Source of the DNA: a virus
Virus record (IMG/VR): IMGVR_UViG_3300031963_009547
Strand: one strand, 5' to 3'
DNA length: 64,000 bases
Both the position numbers and the translations under genes were made by a program. Positions 60,491-64,000 of the stretch are shown piece after piece. Positions within the stretch are counted from its first letter, which is position 1, and the number at the start of each line of letters is the position of its first letter. The notes under the pieces were generated by a model. It saw only the letters and a program-made list of their open reading frames with translations, did no database searches and was not told the origin of the DNA.

Positions 60491-60518
60491 ATAGATATAT
60501 TTATATAATAAAAATGTT

Positions 60519-60743
60519 ATGAGTATGAAAGCATTATTAGATGATTATTTAAAAAAAGATACGAGAGTTACCCAAAGAGACGCGGGTAATGGTTATCAAG
60601 AAGTTTGTGATTTAGATACGGGTGATTGTTATACAATCAGAATGAAAGATGGTCTAATCGAAAGAGTGGATAATACTATGAGAACAAACAGAACATTAAA
60701 GGTTGAGACTCCACAAGGTGTTAAAACATTATTAAACGGATAA
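60519..60743 (+). CDS. hypothetical protein
   Basis: 74 aa; VCDLDTGDCY; preceded by TATTTAT. Confidence 0.7.
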   Translation: MSMKALLDDYLKKDTRVTQRDAGNGYQEVCDLDTGDCYTIRMKDGLIERVDNTMRTNRTLKVETPQGVKTLLNG

Positions 60744-61436
60744 ATGTATAGTAAAATGAACGTAGAAAAAAAAATATTGGAAGAATTAAAAAGATTCAAC
60801 CAAATTAATTCATATATCTTAAAAGAGCAACCTGAAGCACCTACAGAACCTGAAGGTGGTGTGCCACCGGCACCAGAAGCACCTATTGAAGGTGATGCAC
60901 CACCGGCACCTGATGCTGCCGCACCAGCTCCTGAAGCACCGGCAGCAGATGCAGGAGCTGCTCCAACTGAAGTTCCTGAACCTGTAGATGTGGAAAACGA
61001 CCCGGATGTAGAAGAGGTTGATGCTGAAAAACCTGAGGATGAGGAAACTGAAGAAATTGATATCACTGACCTTGTAACATCACAACAAGAAATTCAGGCA
61101 AAACAAGATGAGTTCATGAATGATATGTTTTCAAAAATTGATGATTTGGCATCAAAATTAGAAAACATGGACCAAATCATGAGTAAGATAAATGACTTAG
61201 AAGCTAAATTTGATAAGTACAGAGAAAAAACACCTGAAGAGAAACTAATGTTACGTTCTTTAGATTCTTATCCTTACAATCAAAAACTGACAGATTTCTT
61301 TCAAGATAAAGAAGAAGAGATGGAGAAAACAGGAAAAAATGAATATGTATTAACATCAGACGAGGTTGAGAACTTTTCTCCAAATGAGGTAAAAAAAACA
61401 TTTAATATATATGACGACGAGAATCCAAACATGTAA
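60744..61436 (+). CDS. acidic Pro/Ala-rich coiled-coil protein (possible head-internal/scaffold protein)
   Basis: PEAP/APA low-complexity region, E/D-rich, heptad C-half. Confidence 0.65.
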   Translation: MYSKMNVEKKILEELKRFNQINSYILKEQPEAPTEPEGGVPPAPEAPIEGDAPPAPDAAAPAPEAPAADAGAAPTEVPEPVDVENDPDVEEVDAEKPEDEETEEIDITDLVTSQQEIQAKQDEFMNDMFSKIDDLASKLENMDQIMSKINDLEAKFDKYREKTPEEKLMLRSLDSYPYNQKLTDFFQDKEEEMEKTGKNEYVLTSDEVENFSPNEVKKTFNIYDDENPNM

Positions 61437-61462
61437 AAAATAATAGGATAAAGAATCATTAT

Positions 61463-61488
61463 AAAGGGGGGCATAAGTCCCCTTTTTT
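61463..61488 (+). terminator. intrinsic terminator ending the late tail unit
   Basis: AAAGGGGGGC-ATAA-GTCCCCTTTTTT. Confidence 0.8.
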
Positions 61489-61489
61489 A

Positions 61490-61520
61490 TTTGACAAACT
61501 TAAATATTCACCTATATTTG
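61490..61520 (+). promoter_or_regulatory. Bacteroidota-type sigma-A promoter for the SSB-recA unit
   Basis: TTTG(61490)-N19-TATATTTG(61513) is an exact match to TTTG-N19-21-TAnnTTTG; also contains TTGACA. Confidence 0.75.
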
Positions 61521-61555
61521 TTGTAGATAAAAGAGTAATAATTAAAAATTTATTT

Positions 61556-62410
61556 ATGGCAAATTCAGTATTAGATTCAGTACTTGCGCAGTACGAAAAG
61601 AACTCAACAACTACGGGTTCACAAAAATCAAACATTTCACAAGAAGACAGATTGAAGAAGTATTTTTCAGCAATCCTTCAGAAGAATGAAAAATCCGCAT
61701 CACGACGTATTCGTATCTTACCTACAAAAGATGGTTCTTCACCATTTGTTGAAGTATGGTATCACGAAATCCAAGTAAACGGACAATGGGTTAAGTTGTA
61801 TGACCCTGAAAAAAATGACAACGAACGTTCACCTTTGACTGAAGTTTATAATGAACTTATTTCAACAGGTAAGAAAGAAGACAAAGAATTGGCATCACAA
61901 TACCGTTCACGTTTATTTTACATCGTAAAAGTAATTGACCGCGACAACGAACAAGATGGTGTTAAATTCTGGCGATTCAAACACAACTACAAACAAGAAG
62001 GTGTGTTAGATAAAATTCTTCCTATTTGGAAAGCTAAAGGTGATGTAACTGACGCCGAGAAAGGTCGTGACTTAATCATCGAGCTTACAAAAGCAAAAAC
62101 ACCACAAGGAAAAGAGTATACCGTTATTCAAACAATCATGTATGATGACCCTCAACCTTTACACGAGGATAAAGAAATCATGGAAGGATGGCTCCAAGAT
62201 GAACTTACATGGAATGATGTGTATTCAAAAAAACCCGTAGAATATTTAGAAGCAGTTGCGGTTGGCGAAACACCAATGTGGTCATCTGAACTTAAAAAAT
62301 ATGTTTACGGTGAAGAAGCTGAAATTTCACTTGGAGGGGCAAAACAAGAAACACCAACTCCTGTTGACCCACAAGCGAACGAAGAACCAGCAGAAGATTT
62401 GCCATTCTAA
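61556..62410 (+). CDS. single-stranded DNA-binding protein (T4 gp32-like)
   Basis: IRILP..SPFVEVWYH, FYIVKVIDRD, VKFWRF, DAEKGRDLII, acidic tail ending EDLPF. Confidence 0.82.
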   Translation: MANSVLDSVLAQYEKNSTTTGSQKSNISQEDRLKKYFSAILQKNEKSASRRIRILPTKDGSSPFVEVWYHEIQVNGQWVKLYDPEKNDNERSPLTEVYNELISTGKKEDKELASQYRSRLFYIVKVIDRDNEQDGVKFWRFKHNYKQEGVLDKILPIWKAKGDVTDAEKGRDLIIELTKAKTPQGKEYTVIQTIMYDDPQPLHEDKEIMEGWLQDELTWNDVYSKKPVEYLEAVAVGETPMWSSELKKYVYGEEAEISLGGAKQETPTPVDPQANEEPAEDLPF

Positions 62411-62418
62411 ATTTAATT

Positions 62419-62460
62419 AAGCATGGATACTTTTAAACATATTGTATCCATGCTTTTTTT
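62419..62460 (+). terminator. intrinsic terminator after SSB
   Basis: AAGCATGGATAC-13 nt loop-GTATCCATGCTT-TTTTT. Confidence 0.8.
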
Positions 62461-62483
62461 ATAAACAAAATTAAAAACACAAA

Positions 62484-62705
62484 ATGAAACCAGTGATTGC
62501 AGAAAAATTAAAAGAAGCATTAGTTAAAAAATATGAAGCAGAAATTGCTGATGCTGAAGCAAGACTTTATGTTTATTTCACAAACCCTGTTGGGATTGGT
62601 GAACATCCACAACACACAGAAGAGATGGATAATTTAGTTGGACAACTTACAGATGCTAAAGATAAGTTGGAAACTATAACAAATTTTAAAATTTACGAAC
62701 TATAA
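62484..62705 (+). CDS. small hypothetical protein
   Basis: 73 aa; NPVGIGEHP between two helices. Confidence 0.75.
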   Translation: MKPVIAEKLKEALVKKYEAEIADAEARLYVYFTNPVGIGEHPQHTEEMDNLVGQLTDAKDKLETITNFKIYEL

Positions 62706-63712
62706 TGGCTATTAAAAAGAACGACTTTAGTTCACTTAAAAAGAAATTTTCCACATCGGCAAAGTATAAACCACAAAGATTCTTTGACCTTGGTGCGCCG
62801 TTTTTGGATGCGGTTGGTTTACCTGGTCCTGCGATGGGACACATCAATATGTTCTTAGGACATTCAGATACAGGTAAGACTACAGCATTAGTTAAAACTG
62901 CGGTTGATGCTCAGAAGAAAGGTATTTTACCTGTATTCATCATCACTGAACAAAAATGGTCGTTTGACCACGCAAAATTAATGGGTTTTGAATGTGAAGA
63001 AGTTGTTGATACAGAAACAGGAGAATTAGAGTGGGACGGTTTTTATATATTCAATAATAACTTTGATTATATTGAACAAATCACAGATTACATCAATGAT
63101 TTATTAGACGCTCAAGAAAAGGGTGATTTAGATTATTCATTGTGTATTATGTGGGACTCAGTTGGTTCTGTTCCTTGTAAAATGACTTACGAAGGTAAAG
63201 GAGGTAAACAACACAACGCAAGTGTTTTGGCAGACAAGATTGGTATGGGTATTAACCAACGTATTTCAGGTTCACGTAAAGCTGACTCTAAATACGAAAA
63301 CACCTTAATCATCGTTAACCAACCTTGGGTTGAATTACCTGATAATCCATTTGGACAACCTAAAATCAAAGCAAAAGGTGGTGAAGCTATTTGGTTGAAC
63401 TCTTCATTAGTATTCTTATTTGGAAATCAAAAAGGTGCTGGTACTACGAAAATTACCGCAACTAAAGATAAGAGGACTGTGAAGTTTGCATCAAGAACAA
63501 AGGTATCGGTTATGAAAAACCACATTAACGGACTTGGTTTCGAAGATGGGAAGATTATCGTGACACCACACGGTTTCTTACCAGGAAAAGAAGCTTCCGA
63601 AGAAAAGGCATCAATCGAACAATACAAAAAAGAATATGCCGAGTACTGGAAGGAAATAATCGGAGTTGATGGTGACTTCGATTTGAAAGCAGAAAAAGAA
63701 GAAGTAGAGTAG
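62705..63712 (+). CDS. uvsX: RecA/UvsX-like recombinase
   Basis: GHSDTGKTT Walker A, IMWDSVG Walker B, IIVNQ, KGGEAI, VMKNHI. Confidence 0.9.
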   Translation: MAIKKNDFSSLKKKFSTSAKYKPQRFFDLGAPFLDAVGLPGPAMGHINMFLGHSDTGKTTALVKTAVDAQKKGILPVFIITEQKWSFDHAKLMGFECEEVVDTETGELEWDGFYIFNNNFDYIEQITDYINDLLDAQEKGDLDYSLCIMWDSVGSVPCKMTYEGKGGKQHNASVLADKIGMGINQRISGSRKADSKYENTLIIVNQPWVELPDNPFGQPKIKAKGGEAIWLNSSLVFLFGNQKGAGTTKITATKDKRTVKFASRTKVSVMKNHINGLGFEDGKIIVTPHGFLPGKEASEEKASIEQYKKEYAEYWKEIIGVDGDFDLKAEKEEVE

Positions 63713-63733
63713 TAACAATTAAAAACAAAAAAA

Positions 63734-64000
63734 GTGACAAAAACCTTATTGGTTGATGGAAACAATTTGATTAAAATTGGTTTTCATGGGGTGAAAGATT
63801 ACTTTCACAACGGACAACATATCGGTGCTATTTGGCACTTTTTGAATACTTTAAGAAAGTTCTTAGAAGAAAACAACTATAACAAAGTTGTTGTATTTTG
63901 GGACAGTGATACGAATTCATCTCAAAGAAGGATTATCTACCCTAAGTATAAATTAAATCGTAAGGACGACTCTAATGAGTTTAAACAAGCTTCTTATGAA
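63734..64000 (+). CDS. 5'-3' exonuclease/RNase H (T4 rnh/PolA-N-like), 5' part
   Basis: Manual translation from GTG: TKTLLVDGNNL..VVVFWDS..RRIIYPKYKLNRK. Confidence 0.88.
   Translation, partial: MTKTLLVDGNNLIKIGFHGVKDYFHNGQHIGAIWHFLNTLRKFLEENNYNKVVVFWDSDTNSSQRRIIYPKYKLNRKDDSNEFKQASYE

Noticed and set aside
4465-63765. Short antisense or nested ORFs in the track (e.g. 4736-5077, 11711-12127, 45047-45514, 46163-46624, 60629-61066, 63427-63765)
   Set aside because: They lie opposite or within well-supported genes and have shadow-frame composition (Ser/Phe/Leu/Ile-rich) with no motifs
1-64000. Alternative genetic code (TAG or TGA recoding as in some large phages)
   Set aside because: Genes are full length in code 11 and end at TAA, TAG (e.g. 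43310, 53211, 60490, 63712) and TGA (e.g. 29856, 38746), with the next gene starting close by
1-64000. CRISPR array, tRNA, rRNA, IS element or integrase
   Set aside because: No repeat-spacer pattern, cloverleaf or transposase/recombinase motif seen; intergenic gaps are short and largely explained by promoters and terminators

Overview
AT-rich (roughly 30% GC by eye), gene-dense 64-kb segment of a large T4-like/jumbo myophage read in standard code 11. The host is probably Bacteroidota: there is a TTTG-N19-TAnnTTTG promoter, start codons have A-rich leaders without Shine-Dalgarno sequences, and the SSB ends in DLPF. 1-24.6 kb (minus strand) is one tightly coupled operon of about 29 genes dominated by sugar-nucleotide synthesis and transfer. 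It contains gmd, a His-type ColD dehydratase and an Fcl/ColC-type reductase (GDP-colitose/fucose); UDP-Galp mutase; an unusual NeuB/NeuA/Maf ulosonic-acid set with GmhA, SDR, epimerase, VOC and class III aminotransferase; about 9-10 glycosyltransferases including GT10 and GT11; two methyltransferases; plus PhoH, dUTPase, an exonuclease and a probable phage sigma factor at the window edge. 24.7-38.9 kb holds small late genes (including a stand-alone WYL protein), a Cys/Thr-rich virion protein, family B DNA polymerase, neck proteins, a zincin-MnSOD fusion and a SNF2 helicase. 39-60.5 kb is the contractile tail module: sheath, tube, chaperone with a likely +1 frameshift, tape measure and two giant baseplate proteins. 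61.5-64 kb encodes SSB, RecA/UvsX and a 5'-3' exonuclease. Best candidate novel system: phage-encoded virion glycosylation using rare sugars, with a recurring [S/T]-G-x-T motif and Pro/Thr linkers in structural proteins as possible acceptors. All functional calls come from motif recognition only; no searches were run.
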